DNA of 64,000 nt. Origin: an uncultured Alphaproteobacteria bacterium (GTDB lineage Bacteria; Pseudomonadota; Alphaproteobacteria; Rhizobiales; Xanthobacteraceae). Where the stretch lies: assembly GCA_963725185.1 (NCBI GenBank), contig CAVRXO010000002.1, forward strand, positions 496,666 through 560,665. The letters run 5' to 3'. The notes below the pieces were generated by a model. The model saw only the letters and a list, made by a program, of their open reading frames with translations, was not told the DNA's origin and searched no databases. Positions 11,227 to 19,134 of the stretch are shown piece by piece. Position 1 is the first letter of the stretch; the number at the start of each line of letters is the position of its first letter. The position numbers were made by a program, and so were the translations under genes.

Positions 11227-11262
11227 CCATATACCATCTTGATGGATGGCATATGGATGGCA
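11221..11262 (-). promoter_or_regulatory. candidate autoregulatory operator: three copies of the 10-mer ATGGATGGCA
   Basis: TGCCATCCAT (11221-11230, inverted copy, contains the start codon) plus ATGGATGGCA at 11242-11251 and 11253-11262. An additional CCATC-TT-GATGG palindrome lies at 11234-11245. Confidence 0.5.
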
Positions 11263-11304
11263 GCGACCGGATCTTTCAAGGGGGCGGGCCCCCCGGATTG
11301 CCTC

Positions 11305-11410
11305 GTAGGGCGCAATCGCTTTATTGCGCCAAACAAACGCGCCTCATTCCGCAGCTTCGCTTAGTGGAAATACAGATCGCGTAAGGCGCAATAAAGCGAT
11401 TGCGCCCTAC
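11305..11410. repeat. REP-like element, family 1 (inverted pair of a 26-nt palindromic unit)
   Basis: GTAGGGCGCAATCGCTTTATTGCGCC (11305-11330) and its reverse complement GGCGCAATAAAGCGATTGCGCCCTAC (11385-11410). Each unit has an internal 8-bp stem (GGCGCAAT/ATTGCGCC). The same element recurs at 16064-16167 and 43687-43967. Confidence 0.85.
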
Positions 11411-11418
11411 AGCCCTTC

Positions 11419-13075
11419 TCAGAAAATCAGCAGCGCGCTCTTCAGCGTGATCCACACGCCCCAGGCCAGCGGAATCCCGACAAAGGCCCAGAACAAGGCG
11501 GCGTTGAGATCGAGCCCGCCCTTGCCGATGCCGAACGAGCCGCTCGGCCCCGGCCCTGCCCCGGTCCCGCCTTGCGCCTGCAGCTTGGCGACCTCTTCGG
11601 GCTTCATGAACCAGTGATCGGCCAGCGGCCTGACCAGCATGTTGCATATCAGGCCGAGAACCAGCATTCCGGCCAGGATATACATCGTGAAATCGTAGAC
11701 GGAATCGCGCGGCACGCCGGCCGCGATCTGCGCCTCGCGAATGTAGTTCACGACCACCGGCCCGATGATGCCCGCGGTCGACCACGCGGTGAGCAAGCGG
11801 CCGTGAATGGCGCCCACGAACTGGGTGCCGAAGATGTCGGCAAGGTAGGCCGGAACGGTGGCGAAGCCGCCGCCATACATCGACAGAATGACGCAGAAGA
11901 TGGCGACGAACAGCGCCTTGCTGCCGATATGCGCCGCCCACGGCGCTGTCGCATAGAGCGCGATCCCAAGCAGGAAGAAGGTGTAATACGTGTTCTTGCG
12001 TCCGATGTAATCGGACAACGATGCCCAGAAGAAGCGGCCGCCGATGTTGAACAGGGAGATGAGGCCGGTGAAGCCGGCCGCAATGGCCGCGATGGCGGCG
12101 CGCTGGCTGTCGTCGAGCTGAAGGAACGGGAGCTCCGGATGGCCGATCAACGATCCGCCGAAGATCTCCTGCAGCATCGGCGAGGCCATCCCGATCACGC
12201 CGATGCCCGCGCTGACATTGAGACAGAGCACCGCCCAGATCAACCAGAACTGCGGTGTCTTGTGGGCGTCCCTGAGATGGACGTTTTTCTGCGTGATCAT
12301 CGCATTGGCGCTGGCGGGAGGCGTCCAGCCGTCGGGGCGCCAACCGCCCGGCGGCACGCGATACCCGAACGCTCCGACCAGCATGAACACGAAATAGATC
12401 GCACCCATTGCGATAAAGGTCTGCCACACGCCGACCGAGGTCGGCGTCCGAAATACGTTCATCAAGAGGTCGGCGAGCGGCGCGCCGATCATCGCACCGC
12501 CGCCGAAGCCCATGATCGCCATGCCGGTCGCCATGCCGCGACGATCCGGGAACCATTTGACCAGGGTGGAAACCGGCGAGATGTAGCCGAGGCCGAGCCC
12601 GATGCCGCCGATCACGCCCGAGCCGAGCCACAGCATCCAGAGCTGATGGAGGATGACGCCGACCGCCGAGATAACAAGTCCGCCGCACCAGCACAGCGCC
12701 GCCACCACGCCGGCCTTGCGCGGACCGACGCGCTCGAGCCACCCGCCCCAAAGCGCGGCCGACGATCCGAGGACGACGAAGAACAGCGTGAACATCCAGC
12801 CGAGGCTTGAAATCCGCCAATCGCAGCGTCGTCGTGAACAGCTCGCCCACGAGCGTCAGATCGTCGCAGGAATTCGATTTGGTGATGCCGATCGCGTGCG
12901 ACAGCGGCAGCCAGAACACGCTGAAGCCGTAGGCCATGCCGATGCAAAGATGGATGCAAAGCGCCGCCGGCGGCACCAGCCAGCGATTGAAGCCCGGTTT
13001 GGCAATGATCCTCTCGCGGTCGAGAAGTCCCGGTGCGGAGCCGACAAGCCCCCCGGCCTGTTCGATCGTTGCCAT
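11419..13075 (-). pseudogene. OFA-family MFS transporter (oxalate/formate antiporter-like) with a 1-nt frameshift near 12826
   Basis: The N-terminal 83 codons (MATIEQAGG...WLVPPAALCIHLCIGMAYGFSVFWLPL...ELFTTT) are in the frame of 13075. The remainder (CDWRISSLGWMFTLFFVVLG... to 11419) is in the frame of ORF 11419..12795. The junction reads ACG ACG ACG c TGC GAT TGG on the minus strand. Confidence 0.85.
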
Positions 13076-13638
13076 CGCGCTTCTCCTATCCGGAGCGTTT
13101 CCACGGTTCAGCGCCCCTATCTGGGGCGTCGTTGTTGCTTGTTGTTCAGCTCTTTAATTCGCCTTCTCCAGCCGGGTGCCGGTTGGTAGCGAGCGAGGTT
13201 CGAAGCCGCCAGCTTCGATCATGATCAACAATCAGTAACCTATATGCAAATCCAAATATTGCTGCAAGTCTGCGCGGCTTGATGACGACGTGCTCACCGC
13301 ATCGATTTGCAAGCCGAATGCGAGGTGATTGCCGCCCGGCTATTGCGTCAAGGAACTCATTGTCGCCGCTTATGTTGCAATGCGGCAGAGGTGGTCGAGC
13401 ACGGAAGCGGCGCAAACACACTGATGCTCCGTGCGGGCATGACGACAACGAGATCCCGGGGTCATATCCCCTAGGTCACCCCCCTTTCCACCGGGCCGGA
13501 GCTGTGCCAAACTCGCTATAGCCAAAAGAATATAACGAGGATCGGCCGGTGCCGGCGCCAGGGACGCAGTTGTTGACGAACGTGTTCGATCCCGGCGACG
13601 CGAGGTTGCCGTGGGCGGCGGGCGCCGGGCATTCGACG

Positions 13639-14868
13639 ATGACGTCAGCCGTGTCGTCGGGTCACGATGCGGCCGCCAAGCTGTCGCCGCCCTCGAAGCG
13701 GCGCACTCAGATCTGGGAGCTGCATCAAAGCCTGCATTGCTCGATCATCGGGACCTGCCTGTCGAGCGGGGAGCTGCGGCGATTGCTGGTGCGGCTGAAG
13801 GTCGAGGGCGCGCAGACCGCCGACGACCACGAGCTGCATGTGGCGGGCGTCTTGCTCGCCGGCCGCTCCAAGGCGGGAGCCAAGCATCTTCAAAAGGCGC
13901 TCGATCGGCGCCACCCGCGTTCGCTCAGCCAATTCTCCAAGGCCAAGGATGCGGCGGCGCTCTCGGCGCTCTGGGAGGAGGCGCTTGCGCGTGGCGACAT
14001 TCCCGGCGCCTACTGGGCCCTGCTCACCCATCCGGCGGCAACCGACACATTGGTGAAGGACGTGTTCGGCAAGGTGCACATGCTGTCGCACCTGGTCGGC
14101 GCCGCAAACCGGGCCGATATCCGCCGGTTGCGCCAATTGGAGGAAGAGAACGAGGCCTTGGCAGCCAAGCTGGAGCGGCAACAACGGCAGTTGCGCGACG
14201 GCTTCACCAGCCGCGACGAGTCCATCCGGCGGCTCAATGGCATGCTTGCCAGGGCGCTCGGCCAGGAGGCCACGGGGCCCGCGCTCGAGGCCACCGAAGA
14301 CGCAAGAACGCTGAAGGACGCGCTCGCCGAGCTGGACAAGCGTTTGGCGCACGAAACGAGCCGCCGCCTGCGCCTCGAGCAGCGGCTTGCGAGCGCTTCC
14401 GCTTCCCTCAACGATGCCGACCGCGCCCGTCGCTGCGCGGAGAGCGAGCTTGATGCGCTTCAACGAGAGCTGGCGGCGTTGGAGGTCCGGATACGCGCGC
14501 CGTCGCAAGCGGACGAGGCCGCCACCTTCGACGGGCTCGATCTCCACGGGCTGACCGTCCTCTATGTCGGCGGCCGCGCCAACCAGGCGCCGCAGCTCAA
14601 AGGCCTGGTCGAGAGCACCAAGGGCCGCTTCCTGCATCATGACGGCGGCATCGAGCACAATCCGGCATTGCTGCCGGGCCTGGTGAGCCGGGCCGACATC
14701 GCGGTATTTCCGGTCGACTGCGTCAGCCACGATGCCGCCGCTGCGGTCAAGCGAGCATGCCGCCAGCTGGGGAAACAGTACCTGCCGCTGCGAACCTCGA
14801 GCCTCGCCTGCCTGCTCTCGGGTCTTTCGGCGATGCAAGCCGGCCAGGTATCGGCGGCGCCCGCATAG
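13639..14868 (+). CDS. DUF2325 domain-containing protein with a central coiled coil
   Basis: ORF 13549..14868. The C-terminal LTVLYVGGRANQ...HHDGGIEH...ADIAVFPVDCVSHDAA..KR is the DUF2325 pattern. The ATG at 13639 is the more likely start. Confidence 0.7.
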   Translation: MTSAVSSGHDAAAKLSPPSKRRTQIWELHQSLHCSIIGTCLSSGELRRLLVRLKVEGAQTADDHELHVAGVLLAGRSKAGAKHLQKALDRRHPRSLSQFSKAKDAAALSALWEEALARGDIPGAYWALLTHPAATDTLVKDVFGKVHMLSHLVGAANRADIRRLRQLEEENEALAAKLERQQRQLRDGFTSRDESIRRLNGMLARALGQEATGPALEATEDARTLKDALAELDKRLAHETSRRLRLEQRLASASASLNDADRARRCAESELDALQRELAALEVRIRAPSQADEAATFDGLDLHGLTVLYVGGRANQAPQLKGLVESTKGRFLHHDGGIEHNPALLPGLVSRADIAVFPVDCVSHDAAAAVKRACRQLGKQYLPLRTSSLACLLSGLSAMQAGQVSAAPA

Positions 14869-14967
14869 CAATCGCGATGTGCTTACGGACCTGTTACCAA
14901 CCCTTTGCCTATGGGTGCAAACAGCAGGGTTGGTGATAGACTGCTGCGGCATCATGCGAGGTGACCA

Positions 14968-15369
14968 ATGGGCGGGGTCCGTTTGACGTTGCGGGTCGAC
15001 TTCGGAACCGATCGGGCGATCGGACCCGGAAAAGTGCTGCTGTTGGAGGCGATCAGAGACACCGGCTCGATCTCGCAGGCCGGCCGATCGCTCGGAATGT
15101 CCTATCGGCGGGCGTGGCTTCTGGTCGACGACATGAACCGATGCTTCCGCGAGCCCGTGGTCACCGCGCAGCCCGGCGGCGCCCAAGGCGGCGGAGCGGC
15201 ACTGACCGCATTCGGCGAGCGGGTCGTGCAAAAATACCGGACCATCGAAACGCAGGCGACCGCCGCGGCCAAGCCGCAGCTGCACGACCTAGAGGCAGCC
15301 TTGCGCTCGTTGCCGCGCCGCAGCCACAAGCCGCGCAAGACTTCGATCCGCGCCGGAACCGCAAGATAG
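14968..15369 (+). CDS. ModE N-terminal-domain-like winged-helix regulator without a molbindin domain
   Basis: 133 aa. GPGKVLLLEAIRDTGSISQAGRSLGMSYRRAWLLVDDMN matches the ModE/LysR-type HTH N-domain. There are no TOBE/Mop repeats. Confidence 0.8.
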   Translation: MGGVRLTLRVDFGTDRAIGPGKVLLLEAIRDTGSISQAGRSLGMSYRRAWLLVDDMNRCFREPVVTAQPGGAQGGGAALTAFGERVVQKYRTIETQATAAAKPQLHDLEAALRSLPRRSHKPRKTSIRAGTAR

Positions 15370-15486
15370 CGCTTTTGGCAAAGCGCGCGGTCGGCGACCG
15401 CCGGGCCCAAGGACCTGCTTGCTGCCCTCCGCAATATCTGATTGAATATAGCGAGATCCGCTGCGCGATATGGTCAGACCGTCGCC

Positions 15487-16056
15487 ATGGGATACGCAAT
15501 CGCAGAGTTCGACGCGCAATGCGACCTCGCGGCGCTGGTCTATGGCCAGCCGGACGAGCCGGATCGCCTGTTGCGGGAGTTCGTGCAGGATCTCACGAAC
15601 CGTGGATATCGGGTCGCCGGCCTGGTCCAGACCCGACTTGATGATGGTCGAGCCGCCGTCTCGGTATTGCCGAGCGGCGAGACGATTCCGCTCGCGCAAA
15701 AGCCCGCCGCAGTCTCGAGTTCCCGCCGCGAGCCCTGCGACCTGGCGCAAGCGGCGGCGCGCATCGACGCCTTGATCGAGTCGGGCGCCGACCTCGTGAT
15801 CATCAATCGGTTCGGCAAGCTCGAAGCACAAGGGAACGGGCTGGTCGATGAGATCGCACGCGCGCTCAGCTTCGACATACCGGTGGTTGTTGCCGTTCCC
15901 GAGTTCCGTTTTGCGGAATGGCTGTCGTTCTGCCGAGGGATGGGAGTCAAATTGCCGTGCCGAAACGGCAGCCTGCAGAGCTGGTGGAGCGCGATGATCG
16001 TCGGCGAGCCGCGCTCGGGGCAGCGGCACGCGAGCGTCTGCGAGCTGTCGAAATGA
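15487..16056 (+). CDS. DUF2478 family protein
   Basis: ORF 15442..16056, ATG at 15487. LVIINRFGKLEAQGNGL...IPVVVAVP resembles the DUF2478 family, which is commonly mis-annotated as a molybdenum transport protein. Confidence 0.7.
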   Translation: MGYAIAEFDAQCDLAALVYGQPDEPDRLLREFVQDLTNRGYRVAGLVQTRLDDGRAAVSVLPSGETIPLAQKPAAVSSSRREPCDLAQAAARIDALIESGADLVIINRFGKLEAQGNGLVDEIARALSFDIPVVVAVPEFRFAEWLSFCRGMGVKLPCRNGSLQSWWSAMIVGEPRSGQRHASVCELSK

Positions 16057-16063
16057 CGCCGCC

Positions 16064-16167
16064 GTAGGGCGCGATCGCTTTTTTGCGCCGCTCCGCCAAG
16101 TCCCTTCCTACGATGGTTAAGAGTGTGCGGCCCGACCGATTGGCGCAATAAAGCGATTGCGCCCTAC
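16064..16167. repeat. REP-like element, family 1 (degenerate left unit, perfect right unit)
   Basis: GTAGGGCGCGATCGCTTTTTTGCGCC (16064-16089) and GGCGCAATAAAGCGATTGCGCCCTAC (16142-16167), between convergent genes. Confidence 0.8.
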
Positions 16168-16184
16168 GGGTGCCCGGTGCGGCG

Positions 16185-16973
16185 TTATTGCAGGACGACG
16201 AAGCCCTGCTTCTCGAATGCAGGTCTGGCTGCCGGCGATTTCAGAAAGCCGGCAAAGGCACCGGCGCCCGGATTGGTCGAGGCCGTCGTCACGGCGATCG
16301 GGTAGATGATGGGAGGGTGGGTCGATTCCGGGAATGCGCCGACGATCTTGACGTCCTTATCGGCCGCCGCGTCGGTCTGATAGACGATGCCCAGCGGGGC
16401 CTCGCCGCGCGCGACCAGGAGCAAGGTGGCGCGAACATCCTGGGCCGGAGCGACCTTGCTTGACACCGACGACCACACACCGAGAGCCTCGAGCGCGGCC
16501 TTGCCGTATTTGCCGGCCGGGACCGACGCCGGATCCGCCATCGCCAAGCGCTCATTGCCGAGCGCCTGCGCCAGCGGGAAATTCGGCGCGATGGTGAGAT
16601 TAATACGGCTGTCGGCCGGCGCGATGAGAACCAGCTTGTTGCCGAGCAGATTGAATCTTGTCTCCGGCTTGATGAGCTTGCGCTCGGCCACGTAATCCAT
16701 CCAGTCGAGGTCGGCGGAGATGAAAATATCGGCTGGGGCTGCGTTCTCGATCTGCTTGGCAAGCGTCGAGCTTGCCCCGTAGGAGGCCACGACCTTGCGG
16801 CCGGTATCGTGCAGATATTGGGCGTCGGCATCGTCCAAGGCGTTCTTGAGGCTCGCAGCAGCAAACACCAGGAGATCGCGTTCCTGAGCATGCGCGCCGG
16901 CGCTCCACGGCGCGGTGAATGCGATCGCTGCCGCGACCAGCACAAAGCGGACGGCACCAAGATATTTCGCCAT
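16185..16973 (-). CDS. modA: molybdate ABC transporter substrate-binding protein
   Basis: ORF 16185..16994, ATG at 16973. Signal peptide, then LLVFAAASLKNALDD...ASYGASSTLAKQIENAAPADIFISAD, a typical ModA. No modB or modC is adjacent. Confidence 0.9.
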   Translation of the reverse strand: MAKYLGAVRFVLVAAAIAFTAPWSAGAHAQERDLLVFAAASLKNALDDADAQYLHDTGRKVVASYGASSTLAKQIENAAPADIFISADLDWMDYVAERKLIKPETRFNLLGNKLVLIAPADSRINLTIAPNFPLAQALGNERLAMADPASVPAGKYGKAALEALGVWSSVSSKVAPAQDVRATLLLVARGEAPLGIVYQTDAAADKDVKIVGAFPESTHPPIIYPIAVTTASTNPGAGAFAGFLKSPAARPAFEKQGFVVLQ

Positions 16974-17050
16974 TGCACAGCCTTTCCATGGCATTGCGAT
17001 TTCGCTATATTTGATGGAATACGTCCCCGTGTAAAGGGGCCCGGAGGCTC

Positions 17051-17857
17051 ATGCCGGCGCAGTCGACCTACTACGCGAGCGATGGCGCGGCCTACGAGCT
17101 GTTCCTGGGCCGGTGGACGAAGCGCCTTGCCGCTCCGCTCATCGATTTCGCGGGATTCTCCTCCACGGGTGACTTGCTGGATGTCGGTACCGGAACCGGC
17201 AGCCTCGCCTTCGCCATGGCGTCTCGCTGGCCCGAACGAAGAATTCTCGGAATTGATATCGCCAAACCCTACATCGCTCACGCGCAGTCCCAAGCGGTAG
17301 GCGCTTCGCCGGGTTTCCAGCTGGGTGACTGCACCAGGCTGTGCTATCAGGACAAATCCTTCGCCGGGGTGGCTGCGCAGTTGGTCCTCAATTTCGTGCC
17401 GGAGCCGCTCGGTGCCGTCGGCGAGATGCGACGCGTCGCAAAGTCCGATGGGGTCGTGGTGGCCGCAGTGTGGGATTTTCGCGGCGGTCTCGTCTACCAA
17501 CGGCTGTTCTGGGACACGGCGGCCGGAATTGATCCGCAGGCCGGCATTGCGCGCGACCGGCTTTTCTCCACCCCGCTGGCGCTGCCCGACGGCTTGCCCA
17601 TACTGTTCGAGCAAGCCGGCTTAAATCGGATCCAGCGAAGCTCGATCACGATCCGCATGGACTATGCGAATTTCGAGGATTATTGGCGGCCTCTTCTCGG
17701 CGGCCAAGGTCCGGTCGGGACATATGTCGCCAAGTTGTCACCCAAGCTGCGCGGCCGCATCGAGGAGGCGGTCAGGCGTGCCTATTGCTCCGGCGCGCCC
17801 GATGGCGAGCGATCGCTGACAGCGACCGCGTGGGCGGTTCGTGGTACTGTTCCTTAG
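17051..17857 (+). CDS. class I SAM-dependent methyltransferase
   Basis: 268 aa with SAM-binding motif I LLDVGTGTGSLA and a downstream acidic loop. Confidence 0.85.
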   Translation: MPAQSTYYASDGAAYELFLGRWTKRLAAPLIDFAGFSSTGDLLDVGTGTGSLAFAMASRWPERRILGIDIAKPYIAHAQSQAVGASPGFQLGDCTRLCYQDKSFAGVAAQLVLNFVPEPLGAVGEMRRVAKSDGVVVAAVWDFRGGLVYQRLFWDTAAGIDPQAGIARDRLFSTPLALPDGLPILFEQAGLNRIQRSSITIRMDYANFEDYWRPLLGGQGPVGTYVAKLSPKLRGRIEEAVRRAYCSGAPDGERSLTATAWAVRGTVP

Positions 17858-17886
17858 GCTCATCGCAACCCTGAAAGGAGATCGTC

Positions 17887-18093
17887 ATGAAGCTCAGTGC
17901 GCGCAATCAGCTCAAGGGAAAGATTGTCGATGTGATAAAGGGCGCCACCACCTCCCATGTGCGCATCGATATCGGCGGCGGGGTCATCGTCACATCCTCG
18001 ATCACCAACGAGGCGGTCGCCGATCTCGCGCTCGCGAAGGGCGATGAGGCCTGGGCGGTGATCAAGGCCTCCGACGTAATGATCGGCAAATGA
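17887..18093 (+). CDS. mop: molbindin (single TOBE-domain molybdenum-pterin-binding protein)
   Basis: 68 aa. MKLSARNQLKGKIVDVIKGATTSHVRIDIGGG..ITNEAV..L.L.KGDEAWAVIKASDVMI is the canonical Mop/TOBE fold sequence. Confidence 0.85.
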   Translation: MKLSARNQLKGKIVDVIKGATTSHVRIDIGGGVIVTSSITNEAVADLALAKGDEAWAVIKASDVMIGK

Positions 18094-19118
18094 TGTCGAT
18101 CGGCCGGCGCGCGCTACTGACCGGCATTTCGGCGACGCTGCTGGCGCCGCGGGGCGCGCATGCCGCGACCGTCACCGACAGCGCCGGGCGCTCGGTTCCG
18201 GTGCCCGCCAACGTCGAGCGGGTGTTTCCCGCCGGGCCCCCGGCCGCGATCATGTTGTATACCCTGGCGCCCCGGCTGCTGCTCGGCTGGACGCGCCCCA
18301 ATCGCGCCGAGGAGCGGGAATTTCTGTTGCCCGACATCGGCAGCCGCCCGCAAGTGGGTCGGATCACCGGCCGCGGCAATACCGCCAATCTCGAAGCCGT
18401 GCTCGGGCTCAAGCCGGATCTCATTCTTGATGTCGGCTACGTGACCGACACCTACGTCTCGCTGGCCGACCGCGTGCAGGAGCAGACGGGCATCTCCTAT
18501 GCGCTGCTCGACGGCCGCTTCGAGGGCATAGCGGGGGCCTACCGGCTGCTCGGAGACTTGATCGGCCGCCGCGAGGACGCCGAGAGCCTTGCCCGCTATA
18601 CGGAGGGCACGATCGGGACGATCAGCAGCCGGATCGCCGGCATCGCCAAAGATCAGCGGCCCCGCATCTATTTTGCACGCGGACCACGGGGCCTCGAGAC
18701 CGGATTGGGCGGCTCGATCACGGTCGAGACCATCGAATTCCTGGCGCGGAACGTCGCAGGCGAAACCCGAGGCGGACTTTCAAACGTTTCGATCGAGCAG
18801 GTGCTGGTGTGGGATCCCCAGATCATCGTCACCATCGATCGAGACTTTGCCGCAAAGATCTACGACGATCCGGCCTGGGCGACGATTGCTGCCGTCCGAA
18901 CGCGCAACGTGCATCTGTCGCCCAACCTGCCGTTCGGCTGGGTCGATTTTCCGCCTTCGGTAAACCGGCTGATCGGCCTCTGGTGGCTGGCGAAGATTCT
19001 GTATCCGAGCTTGTTTCCGGAGAATCTGAAACAGCTGACCCGCGAGTTCTACCAGCAGTTCTATCATGTGCAAGTCACGGATCAGCAAATCGAGCGTTTG
19101 CTGGCGGCGCGAGCTTGA
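18090..19118 (+). CDS. periplasmic binding protein of the FecB/BtuF (iron-siderophore/cobalamin) type
   Basis: 342 aa with a Tat-like leader (GRRALLTG...AHA). The layout is typical of class III ABC substrate-binding proteins. The ATG overlaps the mop stop (ATGA). No cognate permease or ATPase is nearby. Confidence 0.8.
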   Translation: MMSIGRRALLTGISATLLAPRGAHAATVTDSAGRSVPVPANVERVFPAGPPAAIMLYTLAPRLLLGWTRPNRAEEREFLLPDIGSRPQVGRITGRGNTANLEAVLGLKPDLILDVGYVTDTYVSLADRVQEQTGISYALLDGRFEGIAGAYRLLGDLIGRREDAESLARYTEGTIGTISSRIAGIAKDQRPRIYFARGPRGLETGLGGSITVETIEFLARNVAGETRGGLSNVSIEQVLVWDPQIIVTIDRDFAAKIYDDPAWATIAAVRTRNVHLSPNLPFGWVDFPPSVNRLIGLWWLAKILYPSLFPENLKQLTREFYQQFYHVQVTDQQIERLLAARA

Positions 19119-19134
19119 TTGGCGCCGCTTCCGG

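Noticed and set aside
17003-17026. ModE-type Mo-box upstream of modA (CGCTATAT-ttgatgg-AATACG).
   Set aside because: Only the left half-site resembles CGnTATAT. The right half does not form the expected inverted TATAT/ATATA partner, so the match is too weak to call.
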